DNA of 64,000 nucleotides, from the NCBI GenBank assembly GCA_030428255.1, contig JAUIBT010000008.1:26794-90793 (forward strand). Direction: 5' to 3'. Made by a program: the position numbers and the translations under genes. This DNA is from Alphaproteobacteria bacterium. GTDB lineage: Bacteria; Pseudomonadota; Alphaproteobacteria; UBA7985; JAUIBT01. Below are positions 9,460 to 17,940 of the stretch, in pieces. The notes below the pieces were generated by a model that saw only the letters and a program-made list of their open reading frames with translations, was not told where the DNA came from and did not search any database. The number at the start of each line of letters is the position of its first letter. Positions within the stretch are counted from its first letter, which is position 1.

Positions 9460-10248
9460 ATGGGCCAAGGGCCGCAATACAAGTGGCGCAGTGTCGTCAT
9501 AACCGGAGCCTCGTCAGGGCTTGGCCGTGCATTAGCGATGGAACTGGCTGCGCCTGGCCGCCACTTGGCCATCACCGGACGCAATGACGCACGCTTAGGC
9601 GCGGTGCGCGCGGATTTGGAGCAACGCGGGGCTGAGGTGTCGGCGGCGGTGCTGGATGCGCGCGATCGTGCGGCCATGGCGACTTGGTTGACACGCCAAG
9701 ATGCGGCCACACCGGTTGACCTGGTGATCGCCAATGCAGGCGTCTCATCGGCCACCTTGAGCGCGGACGATCAGCCCGCCAACGACCTCCAAGCACTGAG
9801 CCATATCTTCGATATCAACGTCACAGGTGTGCTGAATACCATTCAGCCGTTGATTGCGCCCATGCAGGCGCGCGGCACCGGGCAAATCGTGCTGATGGGC
9901 TCGCTGGCAGGCTTTCGCGGCATGCCTTATGCGCCGGGCTATTCGGCGGGCAAAGTTGCGGTGCATGCGCTGGCTGAGGCGCTGCGCGGACGCTTGGCCC
10001 CCGATGGGGTGGGCGTGAGCCTGATTGCGCCTGGCTTTATTCGCTCGCGCATAACCGATGCCAATGATTTTTGGATGCCGCTCTATATGGAGGCCGCACC
10101 GGCTGCGCGCATCATGCTGCAAGGCGCGGCACGCAACGCACGGCTGATCAGCTTCCCTTGGCCCATGAGCCTCGCCAGCCGCCTCATGCCGTTGCTGCCG
10201 GGCGGCCTATATCAAGCGTTGATGCGGCTCAATCCGGCGGAGAAATAG
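9460..10248 (+). CDS. SDR family NAD(P)-dependent oxidoreductase
   Basis: TGASSGLG, IANAG, catalytic YSAGK. Confidence 0.9.
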   Translation: MGQGPQYKWRSVVITGASSGLGRALAMELAAPGRHLAITGRNDARLGAVRADLEQRGAEVSAAVLDARDRAAMATWLTRQDAATPVDLVIANAGVSSATLSADDQPANDLQALSHIFDINVTGVLNTIQPLIAPMQARGTGQIVLMGSLAGFRGMPYAPGYSAGKVAVHALAEALRGRLAPDGVGVSLIAPGFIRSRITDANDFWMPLYMEAAPAARIMLQGAARNARLISFPWPMSLASRLMPLLPGGLYQALMRLNPAEK

Positions 10249-10765
10249 CCGCGCTGTCCTCGGGCTTGAGCGCACGCTGCATGATGACCGAGTCCAGCCA
10301 GCGGCCGAACTTGAAGCCGACGCGTCGCAGGATCCCAACGTGCTCGAAGCCATGGCGGCGGTGCAGAGCGATCGAGCCCGCATTACCACTGTCGCCGATC
10401 ACGGCAATCATCTGATGCCAGGGCCCGGCCTCGCAGCGCGCCAGTAGCTCGGCTAACAGCGCTGAGCCAACCCCTTGGCCTTGGGCGGTGGGCCGCACAT
10501 AGACCGAATTTTCGATGGTAAATTCGTAGGACTTGCGGGGGCGATAGCTTGAGGCATAGGCGTAGCCGAGCACGGTATCTTTGGGGTCCAGCGCGACCAG
10601 ATAGGGCAAACCTGCCTCGCGTGCAGACCGGGAGCGCTCAATCAGGTCGTCGGCGCTGGGCGGGGTCTGCTCGAAACTGGCGGTGCCTTCCAAAACCGCC
10701 TGGGCATAGATGGCTTGGATCTGGTCGAAGTGTCGGGGCTCGGCGTCCCTTATGCGGATGGTCAT
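10229..10765 (-). CDS. GNAT N-acetyltransferase (phosphinothricin acetyltransferase/YncA-like)
   Basis: TASFE, ENSVYV, QGQGVG, GSIALHRRHGF, GFKFGRWLD. Confidence 0.9.
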   Translation of the reverse strand: MTIRIRDAEPRHFDQIQAIYAQAVLEGTASFEQTPPSADDLIERSRSAREAGLPYLVALDPKDTVLGYAYASSYRPRKSYEFTIENSVYVRPTAQGQGVGSALLAELLARCEAGPWHQMIAVIGDSGNAGSIALHRRHGFEHVGILRRVGFKFGRWLDSVIMQRALKPEDSAAISPPD

Positions 10766-10774
10766 GGCGGCTCC

Positions 10775-12112
10775 TTAACCGACAACGGACATGCTGCTTT
10801 GGGCGTTGATGGCCCGAAGACGCGAATAAAAGCCCAGATTTGCTTGCTGGCCAATGCGCTCTAGCGGCAGGTGCAGGGGCGCGGTGTCGTGGTCTTGGCC
10901 CGCCTCGCAGCCCTGGATCAGCGCTGCCATGATCCGCCCGGCCAAGGGTGCGTTCTTGAACTGGTTGCCGCTGGTGCCGCAGGCCATATAGAAACCCGGC
11001 AGGCTGGAGCGGTCATAGATCGGGATCCAGTCGTCGGCTACGTCATAGAGCGCCACCACCCCGCGCATGCGGCTGGGAATGCCCAGCTGAGGCAGGCGTT
11101 GGGCCAGCCGCCAAGCCTGGGTCTGCCATTGCTGGCTGAAGTTGTCGTCCCAATCGTCGGGATCATCGACCCAGATCATGGGATCAACGCTGAAATCTTG
11201 GCTGCCGATCAAGATATCCTCAGCGCCGTGACTGCGAAAATAAACTCCGACATCGCTGTCGGAAAAAATGACGCCCGGCTGGCGGCCTGCAAGAGCGGCA
11301 GGCGCGGGCAGGACGGTCTTTTCTTGCTTTAGGGCACGGGTTTTGATCGCCATTTCCTGCGCGACTCCCGCCAAGGCATTGATCTTGCTGGAGTGCGGGC
11401 CAGTGATGTTGACCACCACCGGCGCACCGATGCGTCTGCCGTCGGCCAGCCGAACGCCAGCGACACGCCCTTGCGCTGTCTCAATGGCTGCCACTTCCGC
11501 AGTGAAGACAAAGCGCGCACCAGCCCGTTTGGCCGCTTCGGCCATGTTGAGGCAGGCCAGTTGCGGGTCCGAGACGTAGCCTGCGGTCTCAAAGAAGATC
11601 GCTTCCTCAATGCTGCCGCCGTTCGGCTCGGCAAAGGCTGGGTCGTCGGGCGCGCGGACTGGGAAAAATCTGGAGAGGTCGGGCGCGCCCAGATAGGCGT
11701 GGATCTGCGCGTGGCCCCAGCGCTGGTAGGCGATGCCCAGTTGGTCGCAATAGGCGAGCTGGGGGGCTAGAAAGTCGTTGGAGCTCGTGGCTGGAACCAA
11801 GCAGCCAGTGTGGTGGAAGGCGGCCAGCTCCTCGTCGAGGGGCGCGGCCAGGAAATCGCGCCATTCCAGCCAATGATGATAGGATTCATAGGCCAGCGCG
11901 GTGCCGTCAAAAGTGGAATAGTGCACGCGAATGGCGCCGGTAGAGGCTGAGGTAGAGCCCAAACCCGGCGCGGCGTTGCGCTCGATATTCAGCGTCTTTA
12001 GACCCGCTTGCGACAAGGCCAGAGCGGTCGAGCAGCCGATGATGCCCGCCCCTATGATAATAACATCAGGGGCCGGTTCAGTGCTGAGAGCAGGCGCGGC
12101 AAGGTCGGTCAT
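10775..12112 (-). CDS. FAD-dependent oxidoreductase (DAO/sarcosine oxidase beta-like)
   Basis: IIGAGIIG, GSTSASTG, YDVADDWIPI, GTSGNQFKNAP. Confidence 0.85.
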   Translation of the reverse strand: MTDLAAPALSTEPAPDVIIIGAGIIGCSTALALSQAGLKTLNIERNAAPGLGSTSASTGAIRVHYSTFDGTALAYESYHHWLEWRDFLAAPLDEELAAFHHTGCLVPATSSNDFLAPQLAYCDQLGIAYQRWGHAQIHAYLGAPDLSRFFPVRAPDDPAFAEPNGGSIEEAIFFETAGYVSDPQLACLNMAEAAKRAGARFVFTAEVAAIETAQGRVAGVRLADGRRIGAPVVVNITGPHSSKINALAGVAQEMAIKTRALKQEKTVLPAPAALAGRQPGVIFSDSDVGVYFRSHGAEDILIGSQDFSVDPMIWVDDPDDWDDNFSQQWQTQAWRLAQRLPQLGIPSRMRGVVALYDVADDWIPIYDRSSLPGFYMACGTSGNQFKNAPLAGRIMAALIQGCEAGQDHDTAPLHLPLERIGQQANLGFYSRLRAINAQSSMSVVG

Positions 12113-12137
12113 CGGAGGCTCGCGAGGTCATGAGAGG

Positions 12138-13712
12138 CTAGCTGACAGCGTCAGCGCCGCCAGCATCTTCGCAGGTCTGCATATAGTCAAGCGCTTGACC
12201 CAAAGCGGCCTGGTCCAATGGCGGCGCTTGGAACTTTTCCAGCGTGTCTTTCCAGATCCCTTGTGCGCGCTGTGTGGCTTGCACGGCGCCCGTTTCCTGC
12301 CACTGGCCGAAGTTGGCCCAGTCGGAGACCAGCGGCTCATAAAACTGGTTGGCGTAACGTTGCATGGTGTGGTCAGCGGCGAAAAAGTGCCCGCCCGGCT
12401 GGACCTCGGCGATAGCATCAAAACCCAGCTCGTCCGCGTCAAAGGCTACGGGCTGGGCCAGCTCGGCCAGGGTCTGAAGCAGCTCTAAATCGGTGATCAG
12501 CTTTTCATACGACAGGGTTAGCCCGCCCTCCAGCCAGCCTGCGGCGTGGTAGACCAAGTTGGCCCCGGCTAGCACCGAACCCCAGACCGACATCTGGGTC
12601 TCATAATCTGCTTGCACATCGGGCCAGGCCGCCGCCGTGCCGCCGCCCGAGCGCCAGGGCAGGCCAGTCAGCCGCGCCAGTTGGCCCGCACCGAAGTTGG
12701 TTTTGATGTGTTCGGGTGTGCCAAAGACGGGCGCGCCAGACTTCATATCGACATTGGAGCTGAAGGCCCCATAGATCACCGGCGCACCGGGACGCACGAT
12801 CTGGGTCAGTGCGATGCCCGCCAGAGCCTCGGCATGCGACAACAGCAAAGCACCTGGAACCGTGATGGGCGCCATGGCACCAGCCAGGCAGAAGGGGGTC
12901 ATGATGCTGACCTGGTTATAGCGCGCGAAGTCGATCAGGCCTTGAGTCATAGGAATGTCGAGCTGTCGCGGCGAGTTGGAGTTGATCACAGTCGTGGCCC
13001 AAACCCCGCTTTCAAAGGCCTCTTGGCTGAGGCCACGGGCCAGCCGGATGGCCTCGAAGCCTTGCTCGACCTGGGCACGGCCGCGGGCAAAGATAAAGGG
13101 CGGCTTGTCGCTGAGCTGGAGTTGGGCGCGCAGCGTCGCATAGTGGCGAAGCTTGAGCGGCACGTCTTGCGGCTCAACGATCGGCACGTTGAGGCCCAGA
13201 ACGTCAAAGCTTTGGGTCAGCTTGGTCAGCTCGATAAAGTCGCGCAAATTGCCGGGCCGGCGGCCGCGCTCTAGGTCGCTGGCGTTGGGACAGCCCGCAC
13301 CAGGGCCAAATACCAACGACCGGTGACCGAAGGGTAGATCGCGGCCCGCACCATGCGCCCCGCGTAGTGTAAAGGACTTGGGTGCAGAAGCCAGGGCGGC
13401 CTCGACGATCTCGCGGCCGATGAAGACCATCTGGCTGTCTTCATCCACGCGCGCACCTGCGGCTCTAAACAGGGCGCGACCTTCGGGCAGCAGCACGCGA
13501 ATGCCCAGCTCTTCCAGGGCCCGCAGGGCCTCTTGGTGGATAGTCTGGATGTGATCGTCTGAAAAGGCGCGACTGAGCGCCAGGGTGTTTTCGATCTGGC
13601 GATAGTTGCAGCGGTGAACGGGCCTGGCCGTGCTCGCGTTCGAGCTCGCGCGGCGACGGCGGCGGCCAGGCGCTGTGCGTTGCGTGTTGGTCTGGCTGTT
13701 GTGCTCGCCCAT
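12138..13712 (-). CDS. Trimethylamine methyltransferase (MttB) superfamily protein, non-pyrrolysine type
   Basis: INSNSPRQLD, PFCLAGAMAPIT, SNVDMKSGAPVFGTPE, HAAGWLEGGL, PGGHFF; no in-frame amber codon. Confidence 0.88.
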   Translation of the reverse strand: MGEHNSQTNTQRTAPGRRRRRASSNASTARPVHRCNYRQIENTLALSRAFSDDHIQTIHQEALRALEELGIRVLLPEGRALFRAAGARVDEDSQMVFIGREIVEAALASAPKSFTLRGAHGAGRDLPFGHRSLVFGPGAGCPNASDLERGRRPGNLRDFIELTKLTQSFDVLGLNVPIVEPQDVPLKLRHYATLRAQLQLSDKPPFIFARGRAQVEQGFEAIRLARGLSQEAFESGVWATTVINSNSPRQLDIPMTQGLIDFARYNQVSIMTPFCLAGAMAPITVPGALLLSHAEALAGIALTQIVRPGAPVIYGAFSSNVDMKSGAPVFGTPEHIKTNFGAGQLARLTGLPWRSGGGTAAAWPDVQADYETQMSVWGSVLAGANLVYHAAGWLEGGLTLSYEKLITDLELLQTLAELAQPVAFDADELGFDAIAEVQPGGHFFAADHTMQRYANQFYEPLVSDWANFGQWQETGAVQATQRAQGIWKDTLEKFQAPPLDQAALGQALDYMQTCEDAGGADAVS

Positions 13713-13931
13713 GTCGTCCGCCTGTCGTGGTTTTGCTTTGCAGCATTGCAGCCTAGCTCGGCAGGTATCGCTCGCCCTTGCGCGACCTTTAGGCAGCAGT
13801 TTCTTGCACGAAATTTTGCCTGTGCCCGATGCGCCGCGCAAATTTGGCTCTAACAGCTCCACTTGGCTGGCAACGATTGAATATAAATCTCCGAAAGTTG
13901 AGAATATCCTCCCTAATCGAAAGCCAGTTCC

Positions 13932-14285
13932 ATGAAAAAGTTCGCAATCATCACTGCAATAGCCGGAATCTTCGCTGTTACAGCAGGATCGGCGCAGGCG
14001 TTTTCAACCCAATACGATCACTATAGCTATGGTGACAACGTATATGCCATCAACAATGCGATACATGCGCAAGATAATTACGGATATCGCTATGATTATG
14101 GTCACGATTTCGGTAATTTTTATTACTATGGCGGCTATACAAGTTACCACAACCCCTACAACAACCCTTATTACGGTCATCAGCCGCACTATAAAGTGAA
14201 GTGGGCGCCCGTATCATGCCAGACCATCAAGGTTAAGCAGGGCTGCGAGTGGGTTTGGAAGAAAGTCTGCCATCGCAAGTGGTAG
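13932..14285 (+). CDS. Secreted Tyr/Gly/Asn/His-rich low-complexity protein
   Basis: Clear signal peptide MKKFAIITAIAGIFAVTAGSAQA; 17 Tyr in the mature part; basic C-terminus with 3 Cys; followed by a terminator. Confidence 0.75.
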   Translation: MKKFAIITAIAGIFAVTAGSAQAFSTQYDHYSYGDNVYAINNAIHAQDNYGYRYDYGHDFGNFYYYGGYTSYHNPYNNPYYGHQPHYKVKWAPVSCQTIKVKQGCEWVWKKVCHRKW

Positions 14286-14358
14286 ATATCGCGAAACGCG
14301 CTGCCTGCCTGTCACTCCCCTTAGTTTTGTCTCCCGCTCTGTCTCCCCATGAGCCCTC

Positions 14359-14394
14359 AGCCGAGCCCGCCCTTGCGCGCTCGGCTCTTTTTTT
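14359..14394 (+). terminator. Rho-independent terminator
   Basis: AGCCGAGC...GCTCGGCT stem followed by a T-run. Confidence 0.7.
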
Positions 14395-14437
14395 GCACCT
14401 TCCTTGTCCACTTCACCCCAAGCACCTAGGAAGCGCT

Positions 14438-15241
14438 ATGATTGGAGTTGCAGGCTGCGGGCGTATGGGCCTGCCCATGCTGGAGGCCTTGGTCGCGGCG
14501 GGCTTTGATGCGCGGGGGTTGGATGTGGTGCCGCGCTCTTCGTCTCAGGCTCAGGTGCTGCTGGACGCAGAGGCCTTTGCCCGGCCGCTGACTACCCTTT
14601 ACAGCGTGGTGCGCGACGTGGCGCAAAGCAACGCCCTGTTGTTCGACGCGCAAGCGGTTTTGGCCAAGGCCCCGAAGCTGGAGACGCTGATCATTTGTTC
14701 GACCCTCTCGCCGCGCTACATAGTCGAGCTGCGCCAGCGCGTGCCCCAACACATCGCCCTGATTGATGCGCCCATGTCGGGCGCGGCCATCGCGGCGCAA
14801 GAGCGTCGGTTGTCCTTCATGCTGGGGGGCACGGCGGAAGTTTTGGACCGCTTGCAGCCGCAGTTGGACGCCATGGGACGCCATTTCCATCGCATGGGGC
14901 CCTTGGGTGCGGGCATGACCGCCAAGGTCCTGAACAACATTTTAGCCGCCAGCAATACCTTGCTGACCCGCCTCGCGTTGCGCCAAGCCAAGCGCGCCGG
15001 GCTTGAGCCCGACCACTTGTTGGCCTTGATGCACACCAGCTCGGGCCAAAACTGGCTGGCCAGCGGGTTTGAGAACATCGAATTTGCCAAGCACGGCTTT
15101 GAGCCGGACAATTCCATTGCCATTTTGGCCAAGGACGTTGAGGCGGGATTGGATGCTTTGGACCCCTGCATGGAGCGCGATTGGCTGACGATCCTGCCGC
15201 ACTTATTGCGCGGGTTGCCAGCCTACGAGCAGGATGACTAG
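14438..15241 (+). CDS. NAD(P)-dependent oxidoreductase (3-hydroxyisobutyrate dehydrogenase family)
   Basis: GCGRMGLPM, IDAPMSG, GAGMTAKVLNN, LAKDV. Confidence 0.88.
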   Translation: MIGVAGCGRMGLPMLEALVAAGFDARGLDVVPRSSSQAQVLLDAEAFARPLTTLYSVVRDVAQSNALLFDAQAVLAKAPKLETLIICSTLSPRYIVELRQRVPQHIALIDAPMSGAAIAAQERRLSFMLGGTAEVLDRLQPQLDAMGRHFHRMGPLGAGMTAKVLNNILAASNTLLTRLALRQAKRAGLEPDHLLALMHTSSGQNWLASGFENIEFAKHGFEPDNSIAILAKDVEAGLDALDPCMERDWLTILPHLLRGLPAYEQDD

Positions 15242-15250
15242 AGGCCGAAC

Positions 15251-15814
15251 ATGCGGACATTTCTTGCGCTGAGTTTGCCCGATGAGACCTGCCGCGAGCT
15301 GGCGCTGATGCAAGGTGGTCTGGCGGGTGCGCGCTGGCTTGCCGCCCACAATTTGCACCTTACCTTGCTGTTTTTGGGCGACTTGGGCCACGACCAAGTG
15401 GAGGAGCTGGATTGGCACCTTCAAGGCCTGGACCTGCCTAGCTTCAACGTCACCTTGGCCGGCCTTGGCTGTTTTGACCGCAAGGGGGTCTGCAAGGCCG
15501 TTTGGGCAGGCGTAGCACCAGAGCCGAGCTTAGAACGGCTTGGCAAAGAGCTGCGCAGACTGGCACGCAACCTAGCGATCCCGCTTGACGGCAAAGGGTT
15601 TCGCCCGCACGTCACCTTGGCCCGATTTTCCTCGCGCCCCAGCGCCGAGGTCATGGCCTGGATTGCACAGCAAGGCCCGCTGGCTTTGCCACCGTTCGCG
15701 GTCCGCGCCTTTCACCTCTATTCCTCGCGCCTTGCGCCCAGCGGCGCCGACTACAGCATCGAAGCGAGCTATCCACTGGCTGGCGAGGAACTCTTTGGCG
15801 ACGCGCGCGGGTAA
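15251..15814 (+). CDS. thpR: RNA 2',3'-cyclic phosphodiesterase
   Basis: MRTFLAL start, two 2H motifs HLTL and PHVTL. Confidence 0.9.
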   Translation: MRTFLALSLPDETCRELALMQGGLAGARWLAAHNLHLTLLFLGDLGHDQVEELDWHLQGLDLPSFNVTLAGLGCFDRKGVCKAVWAGVAPEPSLERLGKELRRLARNLAIPLDGKGFRPHVTLARFSSRPSAEVMAWIAQQGPLALPPFAVRAFHLYSSRLAPSGADYSIEASYPLAGEELFGDARG

Positions 15815-15819
15815 GAGCG

Positions 15820-16743
15820 TCACCCCAGCATGCTGGCCTTGATGCGCCGGCACATGTGATCCACCGCGGCCTCAATGACGGGCGAGCGCACCGGCAAGGA
15901 CAAGAATCCATGAAGCATACCAGAATGGCAGCGATAGTCGGCATCCTGGCCAGCATCTTGCAGGGCCTGGCAGAAGCGCTGGCCCTCGTCGCGCAGCGGG
16001 TCGAACTCGGCGGTGGCTATGCTGGTCGGCGGCAGGCCTGCCAGGTCGGCAAGCTGGCTCGGTAAGACGCTCGGGCCGCTGGGGGGCGTCGGCCCAAGGT
16101 AGCAGTCCCAAAACCAGGCCATCGCTGCCCGGGTCAGCATGTATCCTTCAGCCAAAGCGTGGTGGCTGGGCGTAGAGCAGCTCGGGTCTAAAGCGGGATA
16201 GAACAGCGCCAGATGGCGCAGCGCGATACCTGCCTCGGCAGCCATGGCCGCGACGCTGACACAGATCGCCGCCCCCGCACTGTCGCCGCATAGCGCAATC
16301 GCGCTGGGGTCTATGCCGTAGGCGTCGGCCTGCTGGATCACCAGGCGCAGGACGCCGAACACATCCTCGACCGGTCCTGGAAAGCGCGTCTCAGGGGCCA
16401 AGCGGTAGTCCAGGCTGATGACCGCAAAGCCCGTGTCCGCCGCCAGACGTCGGCACAGCCCGTCGTGGGTGTCCAGGTCGCCCCAGACAAAACCGCCGCC
16501 GTGGCAAAACAGGATAAGCGGCAGGCTCTTGGCATCGCTAGGTCGGTAGTGGCGCGCTGCGATGCTGCGCCGGTCCAGGGCAAAGGCCAAGTCTTCCCGA
16601 AATGGCAGCGTCGGTGCCTCCAGTTGCGCCATGGCCCCATTTGCCACCGCGCGCACCTTGCCGAGCGGTACGTGCGGCGGGGGCGGCTGCACCGCGTTTC
16701 GCGGATCTGCTAAAAAGGCGGAAAAACAAGGATCAACAGGCAT
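15820..16743 (-). CDS. Alpha/beta hydrolase, HSL-family esterase (possible lactonase)
   Basis: HGGGF, DYRLAPE, GDSAG nucleophile, DPLRDEG, HGF. Confidence 0.9.
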   Translation of the reverse strand: MPVDPCFSAFLADPRNAVQPPPPHVPLGKVRAVANGAMAQLEAPTLPFREDLAFALDRRSIAARHYRPSDAKSLPLILFCHGGGFVWGDLDTHDGLCRRLAADTGFAVISLDYRLAPETRFPGPVEDVFGVLRLVIQQADAYGIDPSAIALCGDSAGAAICVSVAAMAAEAGIALRHLALFYPALDPSCSTPSHHALAEGYMLTRAAMAWFWDCYLGPTPPSGPSVLPSQLADLAGLPPTSIATAEFDPLRDEGQRFCQALQDAGQDADYRCHSGMLHGFLSLPVRSPVIEAAVDHMCRRIKASMLG

Positions 16744-16765
16744 GGACAAAGTCTCATCTAGCTAG

Positions 16766-16788
16766 TACAGATTGTTACTGATAAGTAA
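16766..16788. promoter_or_regulatory. Candidate TetR operator (esterase/tetR divergent promoter)
   Basis: Near-palindrome TTACTGATAAGTAA plus TACAGATTGTTAC; matching copies at 17762-17794. Confidence 0.6.
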
Positions 16789-16914
16789 GATGAATGTGCC
16801 ATCCCTGGCAAGAGCGTATCTGCATCAAGGCTGCGGTTCTGTTACCAGACCGCTGCCGATCGGGCTGCGCCTTGCGGGACGCGCAACAACAGACACCGAA
16901 AAGAGCAGGATGAT

Positions 16915-17523
16915 ATGGCGCGCACGGCGAACTCAAACCTACGCGAAGAAGTGGCGGCATTAAAGCGTCAACGGACCTTGGATGCAGCGACCGATCTTTT
17001 CTATGAAAAGGGCTATACCAACACCACTTTGGACGATGTCGCGGCGCGTCTGGGCGTCACCAAGCCCTTTGTTTACACCAATTTTGGCTCGAAATCGGAT
17101 CTGCTGGCTGAGATCTGCCGAATCGGTGTGCGCAGCGCCCTGGCTGAAGTTAACAGCGCCTTGGCGCAGGGCGAACCGACCGCGGAGACACTGCGCAGCT
17201 TTGTGCCGCGCTATGTCGAGTCGGTTCTGAAAAGCCAAAAGAATATCGCGGTCAATATTCGCGAGGAAAAGAATCTGCTGCCCGAGCACGCTCAAGAGCT
17301 GTCGGACCTTCGCCAAACCTTCATGGCACAGATTGAAGCGCTGTTGGTCAAGGCCTGTGCGGCGGCGGATCACCCCTTGCCGGACCCCCGCGTTGCCGCT
17401 TTTGCGATCGTTGGTGCCATCAGTTGGTCGACGTTTTGGTACAATCCCGGTGGCCGTCTCAGCGCGCAAGAGCTGTCCGCACGCATGACTGACACCATTT
17501 TGAACCTGGTTGGTGGTCTGTGA
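16915..17523 (+). CDS. TetR/AcrR family transcriptional regulator
   Basis: LDAATDLFYEKGYTNTTLDDVAARLGVTKPFVY HTH; KstR2-like C-terminus WYNPGGRLS. Confidence 0.92.
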   Translation: MARTANSNLREEVAALKRQRTLDAATDLFYEKGYTNTTLDDVAARLGVTKPFVYTNFGSKSDLLAEICRIGVRSALAEVNSALAQGEPTAETLRSFVPRYVESVLKSQKNIAVNIREEKNLLPEHAQELSDLRQTFMAQIEALLVKACAAADHPLPDPRVAAFAIVGAISWSTFWYNPGGRLSAQELSARMTDTILNLVGGL

Positions 17524-17761
17524 CCCAGGCCCAGTTAACACCCTGATATAAAAGCTGTTTTTAGCGTCTGGCAAATTCGGACTGCGCCTGGCTACGTCCA
17601 GGGTATGAGCGAGTTCGCCACGCTGATGGACCAGCAGCTCCGGCAGTGCGGCCCCAGATTTAGGGCGTCGGCGAGCCACGCGCCCTTGCTGCGTTGCCCA
17701 CAGACGCATTTGGTCAAAAAAAATCACCAACAGCAGAATCAGCAAAAAAATATCTTGAAAT

Positions 17762-17794
17762 ATACTGATCAGTATGATTTGGTAACAATCAGTA
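17762..17794. promoter_or_regulatory. Candidate TetR operator upstream of the BVMO operon
   Basis: Perfect 14-bp palindrome ATACTGATCAGTAT (17762-17775) and GTAACAATCAGTA (17782-17794) in an AT-rich promoter. Confidence 0.65.
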
Positions 17795-17940
17795 AAACGA
17801 AGTTCTAATGGGCACATCTAGAGCAGGCCGCGCCGAGCGCCACCTCGGCGCGACACGGCCTAACGTATTGAATTGACCGCAAACCCCAATCGCGACGACC
17901 CAAGATCGCGCCGGTTTGCATGTGAGGAAAGGAACAGGGG

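Noticed and set aside
12138-13712. Pyrrolysine-containing trimethylamine methyltransferase
   Set aside because: The ORF is continuous with no in-frame TAG, and no pyl genes are in the window
16960-17817. 285-aa minus-strand ORF with a hydrophobic start
   Set aside because: Antisense to tetR and running through the AT-rich operator region; no recognisable domain
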